This document shows, piece by piece, positions 1-11,050 of a stretch of DNA of 64,000 nucleotides. The stretch is from the NCBI GenBank assembly GCA_965153285.1, contig OZ229111.1. One strand, given 5' to 3'. The translations under genes and the position numbers were made by a program. The notes beneath the pieces are model-generated. The model worked only from the letters and a program-made list of their open reading frames with translations. It was not told the origin of the DNA and did not search any database. Numbering within the stretch: the stretch's first letter is position 1; each line of letters opens with the position of its first letter. Origin of the DNA: Podarcis tiliguerta (Eukaryota).

Positions 1-114
1 TGGGCTCTGTCAGCAGTTACCAATTATTTGTTGACAGCCTTATGATCCACTAAAGTAGAATTTGATCTCCTGTGACACATAAATACTCATAAACTGTTTC
101 AGATGTAGCTGAGA

Positions 115-550
115 CAGTGCTGGTGCCAGGCTATTTTGTGCCCTAGGCAAGGCTAACTATTTGCACGTACACACACACACCAATTGTTAACTTCAGTTTT
201 CAAAAAACGGGGGGAATGAAAAGCACAAAACTTGAAACTGCTAAATTTATTTTAAATTGCAAGAATAATGCAACCATCTTTGATTATCTTTCTCAAATAC
301 AAAAAGTGTTTTAGCACACAAATCATTGTGAATAATTTTGTGAATTTTATTGTTAAAATTTTAAGTCTCTTAAAAGTTTCAAGCTTGTGTGCCTTTTCCT
401 CTCCAAAGTTTGTTACCAATTCCTTCAGGTCAAGTGCAGGTGATGCTTGGGCATGTTCAGTTGATATAGTTGCCAAGCCAACCAGCTTCTTTTGCAATTT
501 CTTTTGCTTTTTTGGTCTGTTTTGACAGCACTAACTAGGCAGGCTAGTGT
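115..550 (-). mobile_element. Degenerate hAT (Tip100/ZMYM1-like) DNA transposon end with a transposase C-terminal remnant
   Basis: Minus-strand ORF 252-497 reads QKKLVGLATISTEHAQ...LDLKELVTNFGEEKAHK, resembling the hAT C-terminal dimerisation region (RLxGLAxISIE...LDLxxLVxxFAxxKARK). A CAGTGCTGGTGCCAGG terminus lies at 115. Confidence 0.6.
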
Positions 551-3545
551 TTTCAATAGCAAGTAGGTTTTCTGTAAAAAAGAAAAAAAAATGTAGCAGT
601 CTGCAGAAAACTGTAAATATATATATCATCACAACTGGATCAGAGAGTTGAAGGCTAATGGAAGTTCCTAGGTTTATCACTTCAACTCCCAAACATTAAC
701 TCTCACTCAAAGTCTTATTGCCAAATAGTGAAAATCATTTCTCTACTTCCTGTTATGAGTTACAAACACTTTAGACTGCTTTTGTAAATGGTAAGAACTG
801 AAACTATTAACCTGGGCTCTTAACTTGTAAACATAGATGTGAATTTATTGGCTGATCTTCATGTTATCTTAATGGCCATGGAATAGAAATACAGGGGTTT
901 GTTTTGAGAGGGGATAATTTTTCTCTGCCTATACAACCGTAGATATCTTATAAAACCAGAATAATTTAAGACGTTTCTCTTTCCTCTCTCATACACAATA
1001 AACAGCATGAGAGTCTCTTCCCCCAAGCTTATCATACATTTTTGTGTCCTCTTCAGATTGTTCAGGTATTGTTGCTTTGTGTGTTTCTTAATAAGCAACT
1101 CCCTCTCAAAATTCAATTAACATTTGTCTGAATGTAATAATTCACTGGCAAGCTCAGTTAAAACTACAGCTCCATTTGACCCCCAACCCATTCTTTTTGA
1201 ATTTCTTCTGTGCATAGAAATGTGCAATTCTGGTGCACTTGGACTGATTCTTACGTAATGGATGTCAGTGGAAATGCTTCAGTATGATGAAGCGTAGTCC
1301 ACTTCACAGCTATAATATGTGACTGTTCTTTAACCTTGTTAAAGTACTCTAGTAGTACTCTTGGTGCCGTAATGTATCTAGTGGTATTCATTTGGTGGCT
1401 GTAATGTAAGAACCAACCCTCTGGTTCACATAGGCAACTTTTAGGTCTTGTAACCCTTTTAAAAAAGCTACTGTATTCCAAAGTGCAAAACGTATTAGCT
1501 GTAAGCTTGTTACAGTAGCTATACGTGTAGGATTACAAAGTAGCATGTACTGATTACAATTACTTGTATTAATGTTTCCTTTAAAAAAGATTATTCAACT
1601 ACAACGGTCTTCTTCAACCTTGGGTCCCCAGTTGGTGCTGCGCTACAATTCCCATCATCACTGACAGCTGGCTAAGTTAGCTGAGGGTAATGAGGGTTGT
1701 AGTGGTTCAGCATTTGGATACGAGGTTGAAGAACATTGGATTAAAATACCTTTTGAATTTTATGTTGTGATTAGAGTAGTATCTTCATTCCTGGACTGCA
1801 AGCTGATATTCGTTGTCAGTGCCAGAGTTTTGAGTGCTCAGTAGATCAGGTTCTGTAAGCTCCTTTGAAGGTGTGTGTATGATACTTGATAAACAACTGA
1901 GCAGTTGCTAGTGTAGGTAGTGACATGTAGAAAATGCCGGTGCCAAATGACCCCCTCATCCCTGTTGCCACTTATTTTGTAAATGTGCTTATTGACTCGT
2001 TCATTCACTGTTCCATATCAGTCATATGAAGATATTTCACCAACGGACAGCCAGCTAAAAACTGGTACACATATAGCTTGTAACATTTTGATTGTTGGAG
2101 AAAGCTAAAAATGGCAAACAAACCACTATTGTTAAACTTTGGAGGTTAAGCCTACCTCATAATATTGGTCAGTAGTCATTCACATAGTGAGCTAAGTAGA
2201 TGGATGAAATGTGAAGCTATGGGAGCTTTTTCATCACATACTCGAAAGGAGCCTCTTTTGGGGGAAGGGAGCATTTAAGTGCTAGCCAACCACGTGAGTC
2301 TGAAAAATGGGACAGGCCTTACATACGTCCCTCTTCATTTGCTTTAACAAGTTCCCTACCTGGCAACGAGGGAAGAGGGACATATCTATGTTTGCAGAAT
2401 GCAAACTGTGTCCAGTAGCTTAATATAAGCCATAGATAAACAGAACAGCTATCACAAGTGCATCCTCGCCTGAGGCCATGAGACTTTCCAAAGTAGTGCC
2501 CTTACTAATCGGCTTTACACAAGATCACTGGCCAAATTAGAGCTCTGCAGAAGCCACCAATCTGTTTGGCAGTTAGACTAGACTGAAATCATTTTTGTCT
2601 ACCTCAGTCATCTTCTATTTTAGCCTCCTGTTGAAATATCAAAAGCATGTCCTTACTGTGAAAGGGGAGAGGAAGCATGCACCTCTCAGGGCAACTTTGG
2701 GGCACAGTTGGCTCAATCTGTTTTGTAAAAAGCGGGGGACTTTCAAAAATTATATCAGAAGCTTGTCAAAAACATACTCATGAAATTCATATTATAAACC
2801 AAGGCTTGAGAGGCAGTTTGCAAGCTCCTTGCTCTTCTGTGTTTATGCTTTGCTTGTTAGTAGCAAATGGTAGACCTAAAACATTGACCTTTCCCCTTCT
2901 CCTCATGACTAATTAGTGTTTCCCTGATCACATCACCTAACATGCAACAGTTGCGTCTTCAGTGATGAAAGCCTACTTTTTATTTTGAAACGCCTTTTCT
3001 TCCAGTTATTCAATGAACCTTTTTCTACAACTTAACTGTCAGTTCAACATTTACGTGAATTGAAGGATGCTTTATTGGGGACAAGTACATGAGATGGCTC
3101 AAACGGAAGGCATGGGATGTTGTTGAACTAATTCCTTGCTGGCATAGAGGAGTAATGCTTTAAGTAAAGGATGGGCTTACCTTATTAAAAGATCTAGATT
3201 GCTCTGAATAGCTGGTAGGTCATTGCTCTTTCTCGGTTTTGGTCACAAACCTCTTAAGAAATTATTGTCTTGTCAAGATCATTGATAAAATACAGAAGTG
3301 TGTAAAAAGAGTACTGCATGTGTGTGTCTGTGTATAACTCATAGCTACATGGTAGACTTTGTACTGGGGCTGATGCAAGTGACCACTGGCTAAGTTTTAT
3401 GCAATATTCTCTGTTTTGCAGACCATTGGCACATGCTTTCTTACTAAGACATCTGAGTGGTAGAGATTTTGCTCCTTGAGAAACTCCTCCTTCCACCCCA
3501 TGCAGCTCACCCCCAGCTCCAAGTGTGCGACTGGTGCCCTACGCA

Positions 3546-3768
3546 ATGTGTGTTTGTCAAACCATGGAGGTGGGGAAGCATGGCAAGAACGCATCCCACA
3601 CAGGAGGCCGAGGGGTCCTTCTGGAGCCTTTCATCCATCAGGTGGGCGGCCACAGCAGCATGATGCGCTACGATGACCACACTGTGTGCAAGCCTCTCAT
3701 CACCAGAGAACAGCGCTTCTATGAGTCCCTGCCTCCAGAAATGAAGGAATTCACACCTGAGTACAAAG
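3546..3768 (+). CDS. IP6K1: IP6K1 first coding exon (exon starts at 3422 with 5' UTR)
   Basis: Acceptor ttttgcag|3422, ATG at 3546, donor AAAG|gtaagc at 3769; MCVCQ...PEYKG. Confidence 0.96.
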
Positions 3769-6306
3769 GTAAGCTCCTTAAAATCTCATTTAAATCCAGA
3801 GCATTTTAGTGTATCTGGAGGGCACTCTTCTATCAATAATAATAATAATAATAATAATAATAATTTATTTCTACCCCGCCCATCTGGCTGGGTTTTCTCA
3901 GCCACTCGGGCAGCTTTCAGTAGAGCCTTAAAAACAAAATAAAACTTCAAACATTAAAAACTTCAACTGTTCTGTGAATGTATACATAGGGTGGTGTCCT
4001 ACAAATTAGTTCTGTTAGTGCAAGTACTTCTGGCTGCACAACAGAAAAGTCCCCTCTTCTTCCCGCATGCCTCATAAAACTATCCTGAAGGCTCCCCCAA
4101 TCTGATCTGAGGGTGTGCAGGGAGAGAAGAGGGAGGGAAGTTCCGTTGCACAAATTGAAATCTAATGGAACTATTTCATTACATAATATCCATAAGATCA
4201 CTGTGAAACTTTCCCATGTATTTTCAGACAATGCATGGATGAGAACAATTTGTTTATATGCTTAGGCAGTCGTAAAATCTTATTAATGGCATTGCTGGCT
4301 GGCAGTACTTCTAAAGCCCAGTTGGGTTTAGTTTCAAAGTCAAATAAGCCCTACATAGTTCACTTGGACTTACTTCCCGGTGACTGTGCTCAGGGTTCTA
4401 GTCTTAAGTCTGGCTTATATCCTTTGAATCTCATAGTGGAGTGGTCCAGTGACCATCGTTTCCTGAAGAAAGTGACATATGAGGCACTAAGACCATGCTG
4501 CTTTCTGGTGGAAATTTGTGCAAGTATGGCAACTAAAAAACAAGACTTTGAGGCAATGTGCATTTTCCCCTCCCTGTAATTTTGGACACAAAGCTGTTCT
4601 GCATGGAGGATTCTGATGTTTATTAACTGAGCCTTACTTGTGTAGTTTCAAATGAGTCTTAAGAGAGAAATTTCTTTTTCACATCACCTCTTTTGCCATA
4701 TATTGAAAGAGTTAATTTTCTAACTTTAAAACGTAAGCATTCCATCTTGGTAAGTTTTCCTTGTAGCTGCCACTTGGAGCTTAGGCCTTTCTAGAGTTTT
4801 TTCCACCTGGGACACCATATTGGCTACTCCTGCTATTAGCAAGTCTAGATCTCCCACAATAGGACTGAACCTGTCAGGTTGGGCTTTAGGGCCCTGTCAG
4901 TTGTCAAGGCAGATGCAGCACTGTGAAGTGCAAATAAATCCCATGGTGCATTGCAGCATGTTTGTCCTGCCTTTGAGAAAGTCTTACATGCATCTGATAT
5001 TGCTCCCAACCTTGCCGATTTCTCTTGAGCACCTTCTTTTATTCCCGCCCCCCTTCTTTTGTATATGTGTCTATAATCTTATCTGTTTTCACTTGTGTTT
5101 CTGCCTCTGTTTTGGCTGTCTGGTTCTTTAAAGCTACTTAGCCCTGAGAACATCTTGCACAGCCTTATGGTACTATCCTGTACATATCTACTCCAAGTCA
5201 CTCCATTGATTTATGTGGAATTTACAGGTAATGCTTTATAGGATTGCAGCTGTGATAACTAACACCAAGCATTTGTTATTTGCAAAAGTTGTGAGGGCTT
5301 GGAAATGGTGTTTGGAAGGTGGGGCAATTGTAGTAGTCTGCTGCTGTATTTTTAATGCAGAGACTATAAAGCTGTTGATACTAAAAAAAATTCTGTGTTT
5401 AATAAAGCTAAAGTAGAAAGAATTAATGTTCTTAAATTCATACAGAAAGCAGATGGGCTGTTATGAATAGGCACATCATTCTTTATAAATGAAGCTGTAC
5501 AGAAAAAGCCTGTCACAGAAGAAAGCAATCTGCCCCATGTTATAGCAAAGGAGGGTGACTCTTTAATAATAAGTTACTCTTGAATGGATCAGAAGATCAT
5601 GCACATTTTTCTATTGGGAAAATGTGACAAGGAAAGCCAGTCTTAATTTCAATTCACGTACAACAAAATTCAATTTATACTGAAATAGCCTTTCTCACAA
5701 GAGAAAATAGGTTGCATCTCAACCTGGAGTCATTCCAGTTAATATTAAGAAGCTGTGCCAGAAAATGGACAAGAGTGACTTATGAATGCACTCTTTGGGC
5801 ACAGACTATGCAGATAATGGCTAGAGCTAAGCCTATACTAGATGTGCTTAAATACTTAATGTGCCTTCATGGGACAAACTCTTGACTCCAAAATACATTT
5901 CACAGTTATTTTTATTTACCATCAGAATGTCATTTCTACCCTGTATTTCTCCTTTTTGAAATGGAGGTGGTCTGAAAAGGGCACCTTCGAAAGCCTGTAA
6001 TTTGAAACCGAGTGCTTTCAAGATACTATACCCTGCTCATTTTATTTACCTGTGTAGTAAACTTTTAGTTATAGAAACTATTGCTGTTGCACCAAGTAGA
6101 CCAGAGACAGTCATATATTCTCAAGGGCCACTCTGTTACATACATGTTGCATGCAAAATCCAAAAGAGCTGTAACTTTATAAAGTGTATAATTTTTCTTT
6201 CTTGCACATAATTCCCCCCCCCCCCAGCGCATCTGGCCAATTCCTCCTGCCCAAACACCATAATTGATCCATCTTCTGGATACACCGTTGATGTGACAAT
6301 AGCTGC

Positions 6307-6354
<48 letters not shown>

Positions 6355-9300
6355 CCATCTTATAGTTTCATTTTGTTTTTCTCCCTTACATGGTCCTTGG
6401 CAACAACCTCTTAGAGTGCTAGTTTTTGTGGCTGTTACCTAGCTACTAAGAAATTTCATGTGAGGAATGCCACATGTGGCTTGTGTCTGGCAGGTGTGGT
6501 GTCTGTCTGTTTTGAGGGAGACAGTGATGGCTACATTAACCTGGTAGCATACCCCTACGTGGAGAGTGAAGCCTTGGAGCAGGAAGATGTTCCAGAGAGG
6601 GACCAGCCGCGTCGCAAACACTCTCGCAGAAGCCTCAACAGGTCTGGCAGTGGCAGTGAGCACAAAGAGGAGAGAGCTGGACTGGCCAGTGACACATCAG
6701 AAAGGTACCATGTATTTCAGTTGTTTTTCCTTAGTTCAGACATAGCTTTTCAGAAGTTGCTTCCCTTAAACAACATTTCACTCCCTTTTTTGGCAAAATG
6801 TTCCCCAGTAAAGATACTGTAATCTTGTACATGCTCGCTGGACATCGATTTGCTGAGACCCTAACAATTATGCAAAGAAGGCTCTCATACTGCAAGTATG
6901 AGAAAGGTGCAGAATGTCCCCCTCTCCTACAGAATTACTCTTGCAAAGCAACTAAATTTAGTAGCCCAAATGCTAATCTCTGTTGTAATCTAATTCCCAG
7001 CAAAGCTCTTATTTGTGATACCATACTGTGCCAACAGCTTCCAGGACACGAAGAGCCTCAAGAGCTGGCATTCAGATGTTCCATTTCAGATGCTAGATGG
7101 AAATAGCAGCGTGAGTTCTGAAAAGATCACATTTAACCCGTGGAGTCTGCGTTGCCACAAGCAACAGTTGAGCCGCATGCGCTCAGAGTCCAAGGAACGT
7201 AAGCTCTACAGTATCCTCCCAAAGGCATAGTGTATACTGACTGCATGCTCACAAGGTCTTTGTTGGGGACTAAGAGGGGTGGCTGACTGCCACTGTCATC
7301 TGTTTGTTTTGGGAGGCAGTGGAAGAGTGCGCCTTCGGGGTGACTGACACCCTGCCAGTAAACCCGGCTTGGAGCATTTTCATCTTTAAAAGACCTACCC
7401 TGCCCTGGTAGGCTGGATTGTGAGTCGGCATAACTAGTGTTTTTCTGTGGCCTTCAGTCTATGGTTACCAGATTTTTTTCAATGAATCTGAGGACACCTT
7501 TTTGCAGCAGCCAAGGGGTTAAAAAACAGTAGCATCCGGATTATTAGTAGGGAGCATCATTTTGTAAACATATGTAGTTTCCATGGCAACCAGAGCCAGG
7601 TTCCTTGGTTATGGATGGAGGGTGGGGGGGGGCAAAGTTCAGCCCAAGTGCCTATCAGCTGCTCCGGGAGGCTGTGAGTGACCAGGGGGCGGGGTGCAAG
7701 CGTAGTTTGGGCGCGTGCTGCTTGCTGCCTGGGGCTCGCCATGCGCACATAGACATTGTCAAAGCTGCCGACGCTGTAACAGCCGCCACTCTCTGGGCAT
7801 AAATCGGGGGACCTTAATTAGAATCCAGGGTCATTCCGGAGACAGATTGGTGAATCCAGGGACATCTGGTAACCCTACTTCAGTCACTGTTTTCTTGTTT
7901 GGCCACCTCCTGTAGCCCAGCACCAGGACCCAAATATCAGTTCTGGAGTGGAAAGTCTGCTCTTGCTTTAAAAACAGGAACTTTTCTTCTTATGGTATTA
8001 AACTAGGCTTTCTCTTCCTTGGCTTGTCCCCTGCCCCTGAAGATGAAATGCTTGTTTATTCCTTTTATCATTGGGGTTGGAGGTTTCATATATTTGTTTT
8101 TGTTCTTCCTGTCTTGTTCTTTTTTTTTTGTCAGAGTTAAGATCTTTACCAGTGCATTTTCTAGAATGAGAGGGGTCTTAGAATTTTTGTTGAAACCAAT
8201 CAAAGCAGTTCTAGGAATGCTGAGTTTAAAGAAACAAATTTACCTTTACTGGCTCCTTAGAATTCCTTTTACTGGAGAACGTGGTACACCATTTCAAATT
8301 TCCCTGTGTGCTTGACTTGAAAATGGGGACCAGGCAGCACGGGGATGATGCATCTGAGGAGAAAGCTGCTCGGCAGATGAAGAAGTGTGCCCAGAGCACC
8401 TCGTCCACACTAGGCGTACGGGTTTGTGGAATGCAGGTACCGTATAAGCTGCTAGCAAAACTTCTGTTGCATGATTGATAGCCAGGGCTGATACCTTCCT
8501 GTGCAAGGGGGCGTGTAATAGTATTTGGCAACTGCTTAGAATGCAGAGAATCTCTGCTTCCTTTTTAAAAAAGCTGTGTGTGTAATTTATAATAATATAG
8601 TCTCTCTCCCATAAATGCACATTTCTAGTCTTCATAGAGAGGTTTGAAAACTTTCCAGCACTGACTGCAAAATGCTTCAATATCTGCCCATCTGTGACAT
8701 TATCCCCCATGTTCAGGTATGCAATTAAGCGGGGGGCGGGGCGGGGAGAGAGTGGAGCAATGTTTAGCAGTCATTAGCATAAAGTGATTTACAATGCACT
8801 CCTATGCAGATCTACTCAGAAGTAAATCCCATTGATTTTAATGAGGTTTATTGCAATATAAGTGGGTATAGGACTGCTGTCTTACTTCCCAGTTAGCATA
8901 GGGCTGCCCCTCGGTGTGTGGAGTTGGTGGCAAATATTACCAGCAGCTTAATAGTAAACAATCTCCATGTGTCATAGTGAGCTTCCTTAGCTTTGAACTG
9001 TGGTTAACATAGGCAACTCACCTGGTAGTTCTTACATGCTAGTGAATGGAATAGCGCTCCTTGGGGTGTAAGACTTACTCTGAGTTTATTAACCTCTGAT
9101 CCTTGAGGAACCAAGGTAGTAGAAGGCTTGGACATAGGAAAATATCTCTTTTTCTCAGATACATATATATTTGAAAACCACTAATGGGCAAGGAGAGGGA
9201 CACGGGTGGCGCTGTGGGTTAAACCAGAGAGCCTAGGACTTGCTGATCAGAAGGTCAACGGTTCGAATCCCCGCGATGGGGTGAGCTCCTGTTGCTCAGT

Positions 9301-11050
9301 ACCTGCTCCTGCCAACCTAGCAGTTTGAAAGCACGTCAAAGTGCAAGTAGATAAATAGGTACCACTCCGGCGGGAAGGTAAACGGTGTTTCCGTGCGCTG
9401 CTCTGGTTTGCCAGAAGCAGCTTAGTCATGCTGGCCACATGACCCGGAAGCTGTATGCCGGCTCCCTTGACCAATAAAGCGAGATGAGCGCCGCAACCCC
9501 AGAGTCGGCCACGACTGGACCTAATGGTCAGGGGTCCCTTTACCTTTACCTTAATGGGCAAGGATGAACAGAAGTTTCAACAATCTTGAAACCGTATGGG
9601 GCTCTCTTGTTCAAAACGGGTGGTGACACCTTGCACAAAGAAAGCACAGAACATCTGCATTGGTCAGGGTGTCAGTTAGGTGTCCCTTGCTTTGAGTGTT
9701 GTAAATACTCTCCTGTTGGTTTAGCATGCCTTCATAGCATGGATGCTGGTGCCCCCTGCTGGATGGTGGTCATTTGAAATACGTATCTTGCTTTTATTAA
9801 AATATCCTACTAATTTTACTGACAGCCATGATTCTGCATCAAGCTGCATTTGGACTTATTTTGAAGGAAATGTTGATTTCTGTGACTTGAGCCACCTTGA
9901 GTCCCATCAGGAAAAAAAGGCGGGGTATAAATAAATGTAATATTAATTATAATTTTGCTCAGGGTGTTTTATTCAACTACAAGGGTGCTCCAAACAATTA
10001 TTGTTTAACATGAGGCATTTAGCCAGCCTCGAATTTTCTTTTGGGCTACTTTATCCAGCAGGGTGTTATACAGTGTCCAGTTATACTGTATCATATTTAG
10101 GAAGGAAGTTGAAGAGACTTTTCTCTTATATGGGAGTACCCAAGCTTCCACCCATATCTTAACACCTTGCCAGCATAATGTACAATATTTCAGAATTCTT
10201 TGAGGATACAACAAAGGTATACTGCTGAAGTTTGCCATTTTTACTTTGGCTGCTAGTCCACTTTTTCCTCTTTAAGTGTGCTTGAGTCCTGCTCCACTTT
10301 GGTTGTTCTGACTCTGGAATGTGTCCTAACCTATGGAGAACCGAGTCCTTGTAATGTTTTAATTTGGCACAGCAGGGACTAGAACTAGTTTGATGCTTCT
10401 TTTTTTAACAATTCTCATGACGATGCAAAGGCTTCCATGAGCTACTGCAGAAAAGCATAGCTGATCATTACTGCTTTGTAGCTTCATGCAGTACACGTTT
10501 GACTGTTCTTTGTAGACTAATACATGACTTTTTTCTATCATAGGTATATCAGCTGGATACAGGCCATTATTTGTGCAGGAATAAATACTACGGCAGAGGT
10601 CTTTCCATTGAGGGTTTTCGCAATGCCCTCTACCAGTATCTGCACAATGGAGTAGAGCTACGAAAGGACCTGTTTGAGCCCATCCTTAGCAAACTGCAAA
10701 GCCTGAAGTCTGTCCTGGAGAGGCAGGCCTCCTATCGCTTCTACTCCAGCTCCTTGCTCATCATCTATGATGGGAAGGACAACCGGTCGGAGACATATAT
10801 GGAGCGCAGGGCAGAGATGCGCCTGAAACAAGTGGACATCTCTCTCCCAGAGAGCCTACAAGATGCCAGCAGCACAGAGGCAGTCAGTTTCCAGCCCAAG
10901 GTAGATGTACGTATGATAGACTTTGCACACAGCACATTCAAAGGCTTTCGAGATGATCCCACTGTACATGATGGCCCTGACATGGGGTATGTGTTTGGAC
11001 TAGAGAGCCTTATCAACATAATGGAACAGATGCGGGATGAGAACCAGTAG
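3546..11050 (+). CDS. IP6K1: Inositol hexakisphosphate kinase 1, join(3546..3768,6494..6704,7038..7210,8261..8436,10544..11050), 1290 nt, 429 aa
   Basis: N-terminus [17 protein letters not shown]...[25 protein letters not shown] (PxxxDxKxG), SSLL and MIDFAH kinase motifs, C-terminus EQMRDENQ*. Exon lengths 223+211+173+176+507 join in frame with GT-AG boundaries. The non-coding first exon was not identified and is probably upstream of the window. Confidence 0.97.
3835..3863. repeat. (AAT)n microsatellite
   Basis: About 9-10 AAT units, followed by a LINE/SINE-tail-like sequence. Confidence 0.9.
6310..6350. repeat. (AC)n microsatellite
   Basis: About 20 AC units. Confidence 0.95.
6494..6704 (+). 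CDS. IP6K1: IP6K1 coding exon 2
   Basis: ggcag|GTGTGGTG; [21 protein letters not shown]...DTSE; donor gtacca at 6705. Confidence 0.96.
7038..7210 (+). CDS. IP6K1: IP6K1 coding exon 3
   Basis: caacag|CTTCCAG; FQDTKS...[25 protein letters not shown]; donor gtatcctc at 7211. Confidence 0.94.
7211..8260 (+). other. IP6K1: U12-type (minor spliceosome) GT-AG intron of IP6K1
   Basis: Donor GTATCCTC (U12 consensus RTATCCTT). Branch-like CCTTTAC at 8243-8249 with the A about 12-13 nt from the acceptor TAG. No long polypyrimidine tract. Joining gives the in-frame LY-K-FLLLEN. Confidence 0.8.
7460..7877. mobile_element. Non-autonomous hAT (Blackjack/Tip100-like) DNA transposon
   Basis: TIRs TATGGTTACCAGAT ... 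ATCTGGTAACCCTA with an exact 8-bp TSD CTTCAGTC at 7452-7459 and 7878-7885. Confidence 0.85.
8261..8436 (+). CDS. IP6K1: IP6K1 coding exon 4
   Basis: [30 protein letters not shown]...GVRVCGMQ; donor gtaccg at 8437. Confidence 0.96.
9197..9551 (+). mobile_element. Sauria SINE, full length
   Basis: tRNA-derived head (GGTGGCGCTGTGG A-box, GGTTCGAATCC B-box), GTGCAAGTAGATAAATAGGTACC body, (ACCTTT)n tail; 13-bp TSD TAATGGGCAAGGA at 9182-9194 and 9552-9564. Confidence 0.92.
10544..11050 (+). CDS. IP6K1: IP6K1 last coding exon
   Basis: atcatag|GTATATCAG; [18 protein letters not shown]...DENQ*. Confidence 0.97.
   Translation, partial: VYQLDTGHYLCRNKYYGRGLSIEGFRNALYQYLHNGVELRKDLFEPILSKLQSLKSVLERQASYRFYSSSLLIIYDGKDNRSETYMERRAEMRLKQVDISLPESLQDASSTEAVSFQPKVDVRMIDFAHSTFKGFRDDPTVHDGPDMGYVFGLESLINIMEQMRDENQ

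Noticed and set aside
9197-9280. tRNA-like A/B boxes
   Set aside because: Head of a Sauria SINE, not a tRNA gene; the same applies at 50488.
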